Shown piece by piece: positions 7,912 to 17,067 of a DNA stretch of 32,258 nucleotides; position 1 is the stretch's first letter, and the number at the start of each line of letters is the position of its first letter. The translations under genes were made by a program, and so were the position numbers. A model generated the notes under the pieces. The model was given only the letters and a program-made list of their open reading frames with translations, was not told the origin of the DNA and ran no database searches. This DNA comes from Candidatus Nealsonbacteria bacterium (GTDB lineage Bacteria > Patescibacteriota > Minisyncoccia > Minisyncoccales > PWPS01): the NCBI GenBank assembly GCA_003557645.1, contig PWNV01000004.1:1-32258 (forward strand). The letters run 5' to 3'.

Positions 7912-9876
7912 ATGTACAATAATCTAAAGGAACTCTGGCCAAAAGAATGGCCGTCTAGAGGAAAGTGGAAATACTTGCCTCGAGTACTAAACAAGAAAGA
8001 AAAAATCATCTTTTCCGGGATGTGTCTTGTTTTTTTGATTTCCGGATTTTTCCTTCTTCTCGGAACTTACTACTCGCAAACAGAGGTCGTCCCTGGGCCC
8101 GGAGGAATTTATCGTGAAGGTTTTGTTAAATCAAGTCGCTGGCTTACTATTAATCCTCTTTACGCTTCACACAGCGACGCAGAAAGAGATATTATTGAGG
8201 TAGGCTTTGATGAATTGATGCGCTATGAAGATGGAGAGCTTGTTCCTCGGCTTGCAGAAAGCTACGAGGTCACAGACAACCGTATCTTTGAAATAGAGCT
8301 TCGTGATGATATTTACTGGTCAAACGGAGAAAAAATTACTTCTCAAGATGTTCTATTTACCGTAGGAGCCATTCAAAACCCCGCTTTCCAAAGCACTTTA
8401 AGACAACAATGGACAGGAGTGAAAACAGAAAAACTGTCCGAAAGAAAAGTACGTTTTACGCTTGACAGTCCTTCCGCCGTTTTCGCACAAAATCTCACAT
8501 TAAAAATCATTCCCGAGCACATCTTTAAAGATACCACTCCTCAAAATCTTCGTTACGATATTCATAATATGCAGTTTGTCGGCTCCGGCCCTTATCGCTA
8601 CAAGGACTTTGAGGAAGATGAAGAAAGAATTAAGTCTATCACTTTGGAGCGTAATCCTTACTATGTTTTTTCTGATCCTTTTATAAATGAAGTTGTTTTC
8701 CTTTTTTACGAAAGCGAGAGTGACCTTTTAGAAGCACAAAGAAAAGGAGAGATTGATGGATTTACGCCATCACGAAGCATGCAGGATTACCAAACCTCAC
8801 TATCAACTTATGAGTTTTTCCTTCCCCGATACTTCTCCGTTATTTTTAATCTGGAGCAAGAAAGTGTCTTAGAAGATCACAACATCAGAAAGGCTTTAAA
8901 CTACGCCACAGATAAAGAAGAGATTCTTCGCAAAGTTCTTAATAATAAAGGAACTGTTGTCGACTCTCCAATTCTTCCATCTTTTTACGGAATAACACCA
9001 CCAGAAAAAAGGTATGACTATAATCCCGAAAAAGCAAAGGAGTTAATAAGCAGTGCTGGGTTTGTAGACGGAATAAAAGTAGATGAAGATCCTTTCCGTT
9101 TTACAGAAGACCTGAAAGAGGGATCACAAGGAGAAGAGGTAAGAAACTTGCAAAGATGTTTTATTAGTATAGAAGAAGATTTTTACCCTGAAGGAGAGGT
9201 CACCGGATTCTTCGGATCAGAAACAAAAGAAGCTGTAAATCGCTTTCAAGAGTTCTATTTTGAAGATATTCTTGCTCCACACGGATTTACCAAAGGAACG
9301 GGTATGGTTGCGGGAAGCACAAGAGAAAAATTAAACGAACTTTGCGCTGACATCTTTAAGGGGGCGATCCCGCTAGAAATCTCAGTTACTACCATTAATG
9401 ATCCAACCCTTGTTGAGCTTACAGAAGTCCTTAAAGAGCAGTGGGAAAAAGTAGGGATTAATTTGATTGTAAAAGCAAAAGATGTGCAAAGATTTACAAC
9501 AGAAACGATTCCATCTAGGGATTACGAGTCTCTTCTTCTTGGAACAACACTTACCGCAATCCCCAACCCTCTCCCCTTGTGGCACTCTACGAAAAGAGAA
9601 GAGCCGGGAATAAATCTCTCTGGATACGAAAACGAAACGGTAGACGAGCTTACTGAGATTATAATTAAGAAAACCGGAGAAGAGCGAGAAGAAGCGCTTT
9701 TACAATTGCAAGAGTTAATTCTAGAAGACGCACCAGGAATATTTCTTTACAATCCTTCTTTTTCCTACTACGTTTCTCCAAGAATAAAGGGAATTGAGGA
9801 GGGAAAACTTATTGACGCATCAAAAAGACTAAAAAACATTGACAAGTGGTATATAGCCACTCGAAGGACGTTTTAA
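7912..9876 (+). CDS. Family 5 (OppA/DppA-like) solute-binding protein with inserted peptidoglycan-binding domain
   Basis: INPL, LVPRLAESYE, LRDDIYWSNGEKITSQDVLFT, VGSGPY, IRKAL.YA.D; insert LKEGSQGEEVRNLQ...TGFFGSETKEAVNRFQ; N-terminal TM anchor. Confidence 0.88.
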   Translation: MYNNLKELWPKEWPSRGKWKYLPRVLNKKEKIIFSGMCLVFLISGFFLLLGTYYSQTEVVPGPGGIYREGFVKSSRWLTINPLYASHSDAERDIIEVGFDELMRYEDGELVPRLAESYEVTDNRIFEIELRDDIYWSNGEKITSQDVLFTVGAIQNPAFQSTLRQQWTGVKTEKLSERKVRFTLDSPSAVFAQNLTLKIIPEHIFKDTTPQNLRYDIHNMQFVGSGPYRYKDFEEDEERIKSITLERNPYYVFSDPFINEVVFLFYESESDLLEAQRKGEIDGFTPSRSMQDYQTSLSTYEFFLPRYFSVIFNLEQESVLEDHNIRKALNYATDKEEILRKVLNNKGTVVDSPILPSFYGITPPEKRYDYNPEKAKELISSAGFVDGIKVDEDPFRFTEDLKEGSQGEEVRNLQRCFISIEEDFYPEGEVTGFFGSETKEAVNRFQEFYFEDILAPHGFTKGTGMVAGSTREKLNELCADIFKGAIPLEISVTTINDPTLVELTEVLKEQWEKVGINLIVKAKDVQRFTTETIPSRDYESLLLGTTLTAIPNPLPLWHSTKREEPGINLSGYENETVDELTEIIIKKTGEEREEALLQLQELILEDAPGIFLYNPSFSYYVSPRIKGIEEGKLIDASKRLKNIDKWYIATRRTF

Positions 9877-9877
9877 A

Positions 9878-9960
9878 GGGCAGGTGGTGAAATTGGTAAA
9901 CACGCCAGATTCAGGTTCTGGTGCCCTTGCGGCTTGAGGGTTCGAATCCCTCCCTGCCCA
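9878..9960 (+). tRNA. tRNA-Leu(CAG)
   Basis: Acceptor GGGCAGG/CCTGCCC-A, anticodon arm CCAGA-TTCAGGT-TCTGG, long variable arm, GGTTCGAATCC; followed by CCT, not CCA. Confidence 0.97.
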
Positions 9961-10001
9961 CCTTAAAAGGTTCTAAATTAAAAGATAAACTAAAACAAAG
10001 T

Positions 10002-11660
10002 ATGAACGAAGAAGACTTAAAAATTATTCCCCTGGGAGGCTTAGGGGAAGTAGGACGTAATATGACGCTGTTTGAGTGGGAAGATAAAGTTCTTATTGTT
10101 GATATGGGATTTAACTTTCCAGAAGAAAGAACTCCGGGAGTTGATTACGTAATTCCCAACATCTCCTACTTAACCAAAAACAAAAAACAAGTATTAGGAC
10201 TTGTTCTTACACACGGTCATTATGATCACATCGGAGCAATTCCTTATCTCATGGAAAAAGTAGGAAATCCTCCTATTTTCGGTTCTCCTCTTGCTTTGGG
10301 AATAACCAAGAAAAGACAAGAAGAGTTTCCAAACAAACCTAAATTAAGAACTACAGAGATAAGCGACGGTTCTAAGATTGAGCTTGGTCCTTTCTCGTTA
10401 GAATTTTTTCACCAAAATCACAACATTCCGGATAATCTCGGTTTTCTGATGGAGACTCCGGTGGGAAACATTGTTAACACTTCCGATTTTAAGTTTGACT
10501 TTACTCCCACCAACGCTCCCGCTACCAGCCTTGAGACCTATAAGAAGATCGCCTCTAAGGGTGTGCTTTTATTAATGTCCGACTCTACTGGTGCAGAGTC
10601 AGAAGGAAAATCGCTCTCGGAAAAAGTAATTCAAGAAAATCTGGAGAAAATATTTCAAAGATCAAAGGGGCGTATTATCTCTTCTACTTTTGCTTCTCTC
10701 ATAAACCGTGTTCAAGATATCATCGCTCTTTCAGAGAAGTACGGAAGAAAAGTAGCAGTTGAAGGATACGGAATGAAAACCAATCTGGAAATTTCTAGAC
10801 AGCTTGGCTTCATTAGGTCCAAGAAAGGGACCATTATTCCTTCAGAGAAAGCCGCAGACTACCCAGATAATAAGATAACCGTACTTTGCACAGGAGCACA
10901 AGGAGAAGGCAACGCCGCTCTCATGCGCATTCTAAGCAAACAACACCGTTTTTTCCAACTAAAAGAAGGAGACACCATCGTTCTCTCTTCTTCCGTAATT
11001 CCAGGAAACGAGCGCGCTGTTCAAAACTTGAAAGACGACATGATACGCCAAGGAGCAGACATTTATCACTCCCAAATGATCGACATTCACGCAAAAGGAC
11101 ACGCCCAAGAAGAGGAACTACAAGAGATGATAAGAATCATGAAACCAAGGTTCTTTATGCCAATTCACGGTCAGTACTCTATGCTGGCAAGTCACGCTAA
11201 GATTGCAGAAGGAGAAGGACTCCCAAAAAGCCGTATCGCTCTTACTGATAACGGGCATGTTATAAGGCTCAATTCGGAAAAACTAAGCATTGATAAAAAA
11301 CCACTCCCTGTAAGTCCAGTAATGGAAGACGGCCTAGGAGTTGGAGATGTGGGAGGAGTAGTTTTACACGATCGTATGGAGCTAGCAGAAAGTGGTATTT
11401 TTGTCATTATCGCCGTTATCGACAAGAAAACAGGTAAACTCAAAAACTCTCCTGACATTATTTCTCGTGGTTTTGTGTATCTTCGGGAATCACAAACCCT
11501 ACTGACAGAAACAAGAAAAAAAGTAATGGAAACCATCAACAAAGAAAAAGGAGGTGATAAAAAGGAAATCCGAGCAAAGATCAAGAAAAGGTTGGAAAGT
11601 TTTCTCTTTAGCAAAACACAAAGAAAGCCAATAGTGCTTCCCGTGATAATCGAACTATGA
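10002..11660 (+). CDS. rnj: Ribonuclease J
   Basis: IIPLGGLGEVGRNM, THGHYDHIG, GAQGE, PIHG; start moved to ATG 10002 because the ORF-track start lies within the tRNA. Confidence 0.95.
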   Translation: MNEEDLKIIPLGGLGEVGRNMTLFEWEDKVLIVDMGFNFPEERTPGVDYVIPNISYLTKNKKQVLGLVLTHGHYDHIGAIPYLMEKVGNPPIFGSPLALGITKKRQEEFPNKPKLRTTEISDGSKIELGPFSLEFFHQNHNIPDNLGFLMETPVGNIVNTSDFKFDFTPTNAPATSLETYKKIASKGVLLLMSDSTGAESEGKSLSEKVIQENLEKIFQRSKGRIISSTFASLINRVQDIIALSEKYGRKVAVEGYGMKTNLEISRQLGFIRSKKGTIIPSEKAADYPDNKITVLCTGAQGEGNAALMRILSKQHRFFQLKEGDTIVLSSSVIPGNERAVQNLKDDMIRQGADIYHSQMIDIHAKGHAQEEELQEMIRIMKPRFFMPIHGQYSMLASHAKIAEGEGLPKSRIALTDNGHVIRLNSEKLSIDKKPLPVSPVMEDGLGVGDVGGVVLHDRMELAESGIFVIIAVIDKKTGKLKNSPDIISRGFVYLRESQTLLTETRKKVMETINKEKGGDKKEIRAKIKKRLESFLFSKTQRKPIVLPVIIEL

Positions 11661-11673
11661 TATCCTTAAAGTA

Positions 11674-12651
11674 ATGCGTATCTTTAGTGGAATACAACCG
11701 ACAGGAGAACTGCACATCGGAAATTATCTGGGCGCGATAAAGCAGTGGAACTCCTTACAACACCAGAACAACTGCATCTTTTGTATTGTAGACCTTCACG
11801 CCATAACCGTGCCCTACGATACAGAAAAGCTGTCTAATCTTATCCTTGAGAAAGCGGTAATCTATCTTGCTGCTGGTATAGATCCGGAAAAAGCCATCAT
11901 CTTTGTGCAATCACACGTAAAAGCACATACTGAACTTTGCTGGCTCTTAAATACTATCACTCCTCTCGGAGATCTCTACAGAATGACACAGTACAAGGAA
12001 AAGTCACAGAAAGGCAAAAAGAACGAAAACGCTGGGCTTCTAAATTATCCTATTCTAATGGCGGCAGATATTCTTCTCTACGACGCGGATATCGTCCCTG
12101 TAGGAGAAGATCAAAAGCAACACGTTGAACTCGCTCGAAGTATCGCCCGTAAGTTTAACAGTAAGTTCGGGGAAACCTTTACTCTTCCCAAGGAGCAACT
12201 CCCAACTGAAGGGGCTAGAATAATGAGTATCACCAACCCCAAAAAGAAGATGTCCAAATCAGACCCCGAAGCTTCTTACATCTCTCTTTTCGACTCTCCT
12301 GAAGCAATAAAGAAAAAAATAAAATCGGCGGTAACCGATACTTATAAAACTATTAAATATGATAAGGAGAAGCGTCCCGGAATCTCTAATCTTTTAACCA
12401 TTTATTCTCTTTTTTCTGAAATTGAAGTCAAGGAAGTGGAAAAAGAAATGAAAGGAAAAAGTTACAAGAAGTTTAAGGACGAGCTTGCCGAGTTAATGAT
12501 AATTAAACTTGCTCCTTTCCGAAAAAGAAGGGAAGAATTTCTCTCGAGAGAAGTTTACGTAAAAGAGATACTAAAACAAGGACAAGACGCGGCCAACTCT
12601 CTTGCTGAGTCTAAAATAAGCGAGGTAAAAAGAAAGATGGGGCTTATTTAG
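11674..12651 (+). CDS. trpS: Tryptophanyl-tRNA synthetase
   Basis: SGIQPTG.LHIGNY, YP.LMAADIL, VPVGEDQ.QH.E, KMSKS. Confidence 0.98.
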   Translation: MRIFSGIQPTGELHIGNYLGAIKQWNSLQHQNNCIFCIVDLHAITVPYDTEKLSNLILEKAVIYLAAGIDPEKAIIFVQSHVKAHTELCWLLNTITPLGDLYRMTQYKEKSQKGKKNENAGLLNYPILMAADILLYDADIVPVGEDQKQHVELARSIARKFNSKFGETFTLPKEQLPTEGARIMSITNPKKKMSKSDPEASYISLFDSPEAIKKKIKSAVTDTYKTIKYDKEKRPGISNLLTIYSLFSEIEVKEVEKEMKGKSYKKFKDELAELMIIKLAPFRKRREEFLSREVYVKEILKQGQDAANSLAESKISEVKRKMGLI

Positions 12652-13975
12652 TCAAAACAGAAATAATTCTCATTCTCTTATCTTCCAACAATTCTTTGTT
12701 TTCTGCTTCTATTCTAAGACGAACCACATCTTCCGTGTTGGATTTGCGAAGGTTAAACCACCATTTGGGATAACGCACGTATAGTCCATCAATATCCAAC
12801 TCCTCTCCATCACTAAAAAAACTTTTTACTCTGTCTATCGCGATATCCTTATTTCTTACCCTCAAACTAATCTCTTCACTTTGATAATATTTTTTGTAAG
12901 GGGCGAGAACTTGAGAGAGAGTCTTTTTTTCCTTAGAGAGAGTGTTCATCGCTTTTGCAGCAGCAAAAAGTCCGTCGTCTATTCCAAAATTTTCTCTAAA
13001 CATGATGTGCCCGGAAAGCTCGCCTCCCAGAAGACCGTTTTCTAAAATAATTTTTTCCTTATAAAAAGGATTCCCAACACGCATCATTACCGGCTCTCCT
13101 TTATTTTTTGTAATTACCTCTTCAATCACTCTGCTAAAACGTAAATCATAATAAACCTTCTCTCTTGGAAAAAGAGAAAGTTGCTCTTCTGCAAACAAGG
13201 CAAGCAGAATGTCCGGGGAGACAATCTCCCCTACTTCGTCAACCAAGATACTTCTATCAGCATCTCCATCAAAGAAAATTCCTAGATCTGCATTTTCCTT
13301 TAAAACTCTTTTTTGCAGTGAAGCGATATTCTGTAAGTTATGAGGATCTGCCGGGTGATTGGGAAAACTTCCATCAACCTCTTCATACATAAAAACAGTT
13401 TCTACTGGAAACCTGGAAAAAAATGGTCTTGCTGTAATACCTCCCGTTCCGTTTCCACAGTCCACCACTACTTTTAAATTTCTCATTTTTCCGATAAGAG
13501 GAGTGATGTGATTTAAATAGTCTTCTAGTGGATTTATCTTTTGAACATCTAACTTTTCATTCTCGTAGCTCTCTCTTACTTCTTCCGCTATTTTCTTAAT
13601 TCTTTTTATTTCATCTCCGTGTACCTGCAAAGCCTTTTCTTTAATCAGCTTTATTCCATTAAACTGTGCTTCGTTGTGCGAAGCAGTAATCACTGCTCCC
13701 CCATTGCAGTCGTAATTAATCACCGCAAAGTTTAAAAGAGGAGTTGGAGCAACACCGATATCAAGAACTGTTGCCTTTGCATCAATAACTCCTTTTATAA
13801 AAGCAGCTGAAAGAGAAGGAGAAGATTTTCTTCCATCACGAGCAACGACTACTCGAGGTTTGTCCTCGTTCAAGAAAAGCACGAAAGCTCTTCCTATCTT
13901 GTAAGCCATGTCTTCGTTTATCTCATCTCCGTAAATGCCTCTGATATCGTATGCTTTGAAAATTTCTTTTTTCAT
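12644..13975 (-). CDS. Phosphomannomutase/phosphoglucomutase
   Basis: FKAYDIRG, TASHN, DGDADR, GELSGH; start at ATG 13975 (MKKEIF) chosen from promoter position. Confidence 0.95.
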   Translation of the reverse strand: MKKEIFKAYDIRGIYGDEINEDMAYKIGRAFVLFLNEDKPRVVVARDGRKSSPSLSAAFIKGVIDAKATVLDIGVAPTPLLNFAVINYDCNGGAVITASHNEAQFNGIKLIKEKALQVHGDEIKRIKKIAEEVRESYENEKLDVQKINPLEDYLNHITPLIGKMRNLKVVVDCGNGTGGITARPFFSRFPVETVFMYEEVDGSFPNHPADPHNLQNIASLQKRVLKENADLGIFFDGDADRSILVDEVGEIVSPDILLALFAEEQLSLFPREKVYYDLRFSRVIEEVITKNKGEPVMMRVGNPFYKEKIILENGLLGGELSGHIMFRENFGIDDGLFAAAKAMNTLSKEKKTLSQVLAPYKKYYQSEEISLRVRNKDIAIDRVKSFFSDGEELDIDGLYVRYPKWWFNLRKSNTEDVVRLRIEAENKELLEDKRMRIISVLTK

Positions 13976-13982
13976 TGCTTCC

Positions 13983-14010
13983 ATTATACTAAACAATCTG
14001 TCAATTTCAA
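13983..14010 (-). promoter_or_regulatory. PMM/PGM promoter, leaderless configuration
   Basis: TTGAAA, 16 nt, TATAAT, 7 nt, ATG. Confidence 0.7.
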
Positions 14011-14033
14011 AATTTTGAGTATTGTGATAGCAT
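14005..14033 (+). promoter_or_regulatory. ychF operon promoter, leaderless configuration
   Basis: TTTCAA, 17 nt, TAGCAT with TG extension, 6 nt, ATG(14040). Confidence 0.6.
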
Positions 14034-14039
14034 TAAAAT

Positions 14040-14981
14040 ATGAGTTTAAAAATAGGAATCATTGGACTTCCTAACGCTGGAAAGTCCACTCTCTTTAAAG
14101 CGATTACCAAAAAGAAAGTTCTTATCGCTTCTTATCCCTTTACTACCATAAATCCTAATATTGGAGTTACGGAGGTTTTAGATGAAAGGCTCTTGGAAAT
14201 ACAAAAAAAGATAAAACCGAAGGAAACCGTGCCCGCAACCTTGGAGTTTGTAGACATCGCCGGCTTGATAGAGGGAGCACACAAGGGAGAGGGTCTTGGA
14301 AATCAGTTTCTTTCACATATTCGAGAATGTGATGCCCTTGTACAGGTAATAGACGCCTTTAAGGAGAAAAACATCGCCGAAGATAAGAGGATAATTCAAG
14401 AAGAGCTTCTCATGAAGGATGTTGAAACACTAGAAAGAATGATAGAAAAAATTCAAAAGAAAGAAGGGAAAAATAGCAAAGAAGTGTTTCGTTTAGAAAA
14501 AATAAAAGAAAACCTAAAAAATAAAGAAAGCTGTAATGATTTGCAACTACTCTCATCCAAGCCGGTTCTTTACCTCTATAACGGCCCAGAAAACAAAGAC
14601 GATTATTTCTATCTTGATCTAAAAACAGAAGAAGAAATTACCGAGCTTACAGATGAAGAAAGAAAAGAGCTGAATCTCTCTTCTTCTCTTGACCGTCTTA
14701 TTAAGGAGTGCTATAATTTGCTAGATTTAATTACATTTTTTACCGTCGTCGGAGGAGAAAAAGCACAAGCTTGGGCACTAAAAAGAGATGAAAACATCAT
14801 TACTGCTGCTGAAAAAGTGCACACCGATTTCAAAGAAAGATTTATTCGGGGAGAAGTGATCTCTTATGATGATTTTCTTGAAATAAATTCCCTACAAGAG
14901 GCAAGGTCAACGGGCAAGATAAAAACTGTTGGCAGGGATTACATTGTGCAAGACGGAGATATAATCGAGTTTAAAATATGA
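14040..14981 (+). CDS. ychF: Obg-like ATPase YchF (shortened)
   Basis: GLPNAGKST, YPFTTI.PN, DIAGL..GA..GEGLGNQFL, HTDF...FI..E, GRDYIVQDGD. Confidence 0.93.
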   Translation: MSLKIGIIGLPNAGKSTLFKAITKKKVLIASYPFTTINPNIGVTEVLDERLLEIQKKIKPKETVPATLEFVDIAGLIEGAHKGEGLGNQFLSHIRECDALVQVIDAFKEKNIAEDKRIIQEELLMKDVETLERMIEKIQKKEGKNSKEVFRLEKIKENLKNKESCNDLQLLSSKPVLYLYNGPENKDDYFYLDLKTEEEITELTDEERKELNLSSSLDRLIKECYNLLDLITFFTVVGGEKAQAWALKRDENIITAAEKVHTDFKERFIRGEVISYDDFLEINSLQEARSTGKIKTVGRDYIVQDGDIIEFKI

Positions 14982-15418
14982 ATATTTACGAAATAACTTA
15001 CCTATTTGATTCTTCTCTTTCCTTGGAAGAGGCGAAGTCTTATCAGGAAAAAATAAAAGAAATGATTAAAAAGGCGGGAGGAGAAACAGATAAAGAACAA
15101 TCCCCCTCCAAGAAGACGCTTGCTTATCCTATTAAAAAGAAGGAAGAAGCTTATTTATCCTGTTTTGACTTTAAAATAGAGGAAGAAGGGATAAAAAAAA
15201 TAACATCAAAAATAAAGGAAGAAGAAGAAATTTTACGCTATCTTTTGATTAAAAAGCCAATATTTAAGAATAAAGAAGAAGGCATTGCTGGGAAAAGAAG
15301 ATCTTTAAAGCCTCAAGATAAGATAGAAATAGAGGAAGAACCAGCAAAAGAAAAACCTGCGAAGCCAGAAAAAAGAAAATTAAGCGACATCGACGAAAAA
15401 ATAGAAGAAATATTATAA
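14978..15418 (+). CDS. rpsF: 30S ribosomal protein S6
   Basis: YEITY...LAYPIKK..EAY...ILRYLL; rpsF-ssb-rpsR synteny; charged C-terminal extension. Confidence 0.93.
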   Translation: MNIYEITYLFDSSLSLEEAKSYQEKIKEMIKKAGGETDKEQSPSKKTLAYPIKKKEEAYLSCFDFKIEEEGIKKITSKIKEEEEILRYLLIKKPIFKNKEEGIAGKRRSLKPQDKIEIEEEPAKEKPAKPEKRKLSDIDEKIEEIL

Positions 15419-15425
15419 AAAAAAT

Positions 15426-15854
15426 ATGAACTTCAATAAAGTAATAATCGCAGGAAATTTAACCAGAGATCCGGAGAAAAGAACCCTTCCGGATAGTGGA
15501 ACAAGCGTTGTTTCCTTGGGAATAGCTACCAATAGCTATTTTAAAGACAAGTCTGGTCAAAATCAGCAAAGAGCGGAGTTTCACAACGTCGTTCTTTTCG
15601 GCAATGTTGCTGATACTGTCGCAAAGTACTTAAAGAAAGGTTCTGTTGCCCTTGTTGAGGGAAGACTTCAGACCAGTAGCTGGGACGACAAGGAAGGAAA
15701 TAAAAGATATCGCACCGAGATAGTAGGCGAAAGAGTGCAGTTTGGACCAAAAGGCGATGACTCCCCGAAACAAGACTCCGAAGATAAAAAAGAACGAGAC
15801 ATTCCAGTAATAAACGAAGACGATGAAATCGATGTAGAAGATATTCCTTTTTAA
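15426..15854 (+). CDS. ssb: Single-stranded DNA-binding protein
   Basis: [20 protein letters not shown]...VEGRLQT..W, acidic tail ending DIPF. Confidence 0.98.
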   Translation: MNFNKVIIAGNLTRDPEKRTLPDSGTSVVSLGIATNSYFKDKSGQNQQRAEFHNVVLFGNVADTVAKYLKKGSVALVEGRLQTSSWDDKEGNKRYRTEIVGERVQFGPKGDDSPKQDSEDKKERDIPVINEDDEIDVEDIPF

Positions 15855-15858
15855 TACT

Positions 15859-16056
15859 ATGCAGTGTTATTTTTGCCAAAACAACATCAAAAGAATAGAC
15901 TTTAAAGACAAGGACCTCCTTTTGAGGTTTATGTCAGAGATGTACAAGATAAAACCAAAAAGAAAGACTGGAACGTGCTCCAGTCATCAAAGAAAGCTTG
16001 CACAAGCGATAAAGCGTGCTCGCTACTTGGCTCTTATTCCTTACACCCGACTCTAG
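15859..16056 (+). CDS. rpsR: 30S ribosomal protein S18 (zinc-binding form)
   Basis: CYFC, IDFKD, TGTC..HQRKL..AIKRAR.LALIPY. Confidence 0.97.
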   Translation: MQCYFCQNNIKRIDFKDKDLLLRFMSEMYKIKPKRKTGTCSSHQRKLAQAIKRARYLALIPYTRL

Positions 16057-17054
16057 TCCTTCTCTTTAGTTAGTTTTTCTTTAACCTCTTCCTCGATCTT
16101 TTTTGCAAGATCGGGGTTTTCTCTTAGAAACTTCTTGGACTGCTCCATTCCCTGTCCAAGCTTTTTACTTCCGTAATTATACCAAGCTCCACTCCTACTT
16201 ATTATTTTCTCCTTTAGTCCTAGATTGATAAGCTCTCCTTCGCGTGATATTCCTTCATTATAATAAATATCGAACTCTCCGTTTCGGAAAGGAGCGCCTA
16301 CTTTATTTTTTACAACTTTTGCCCTGATGCGATTTCCAATAATATCTTCCTTGCTTTTGATTTGCGCTATCTGTGCTAGATTGATTCTTACAGAAGAATA
16401 AAACTTCAGTGCCAATCCTCCGGATGTGGTTTGCGGGTTTCCGAAACGTTGACCAATATTCATTCTTGTCTGATTCAAAAATACCACCACCGTACCGGTT
16501 TCAGAAATTATTTTTGAAAGCTTTCTCAATGCTGAAGACATTAATCTCGCTTGCAATCCAATTTGAAACTCACCTATCTCCCCCGCAATTTCTGTCTTAG
16601 GAGCTAGTGCCGCCACCGAATCCACCACAACCATATCTACTTCACCTGATCTAACCAGCGTTTCTACGATCTGAAGCGCTTGTTCGCCAGAATCAGGTTG
16701 AGATATTAGCAAATCATCCACGTTTACTCCTATTTTGCGCGCATACTGAGGATCTAGAGCATTCTCTACATCAATAAAAGCACCAACCCCATCATCTTTT
16801 TGCGCTTCCGCGAGAAGGTGAAGCGAAAGTGTTGTCTTCCCAGTAGAAGCACTACCGAAAATCTCTACCACTCTCCCTCGAGGAACTCCCCCAACACCAA
16901 GCGCTGTATCAAGAGCAATTGATCCAGTAGAGATGCTGTCCACATCCACCATCTTCATATCTTCTAGCTTCATAAGAGAGCCTTCTCCAAAGCGTTGTTT
17001 AATTTCTTCTATCGCCTCCTCTAGTCCTTTTTTTTCTTTTTTCTTTTTAGTCAT
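16053..17054 (-). CDS. recA: Recombinase RecA
   Basis: [53 protein letters not shown]. Confidence 0.99.
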   Translation of the reverse strand: MTKKKKEKKGLEEAIEEIKQRFGEGSLMKLEDMKMVDVDSISTGSIALDTALGVGGVPRGRVVEIFGSASTGKTTLSLHLLAEAQKDDGVGAFIDVENALDPQYARKIGVNVDDLLISQPDSGEQALQIVETLVRSGEVDMVVVDSVAALAPKTEIAGEIGEFQIGLQARLMSSALRKLSKIISETGTVVVFLNQTRMNIGQRFGNPQTTSGGLALKFYSSVRINLAQIAQIKSKEDIIGNRIRAKVVKNKVGAPFRNGEFDIYYNEGISREGELINLGLKEKIISRSGAWYNYGSKKLGQGMEQSKKFLRENPDLAKKIEEEVKEKLTKEKD

Positions 17055-17067
17055 ATAAATTATTATT

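Noticed and set aside
9921-10001. ORF-track N-terminal extension of RNase J
   Set aside because: It starts within tRNA-Leu; homology begins at ATG 10002.
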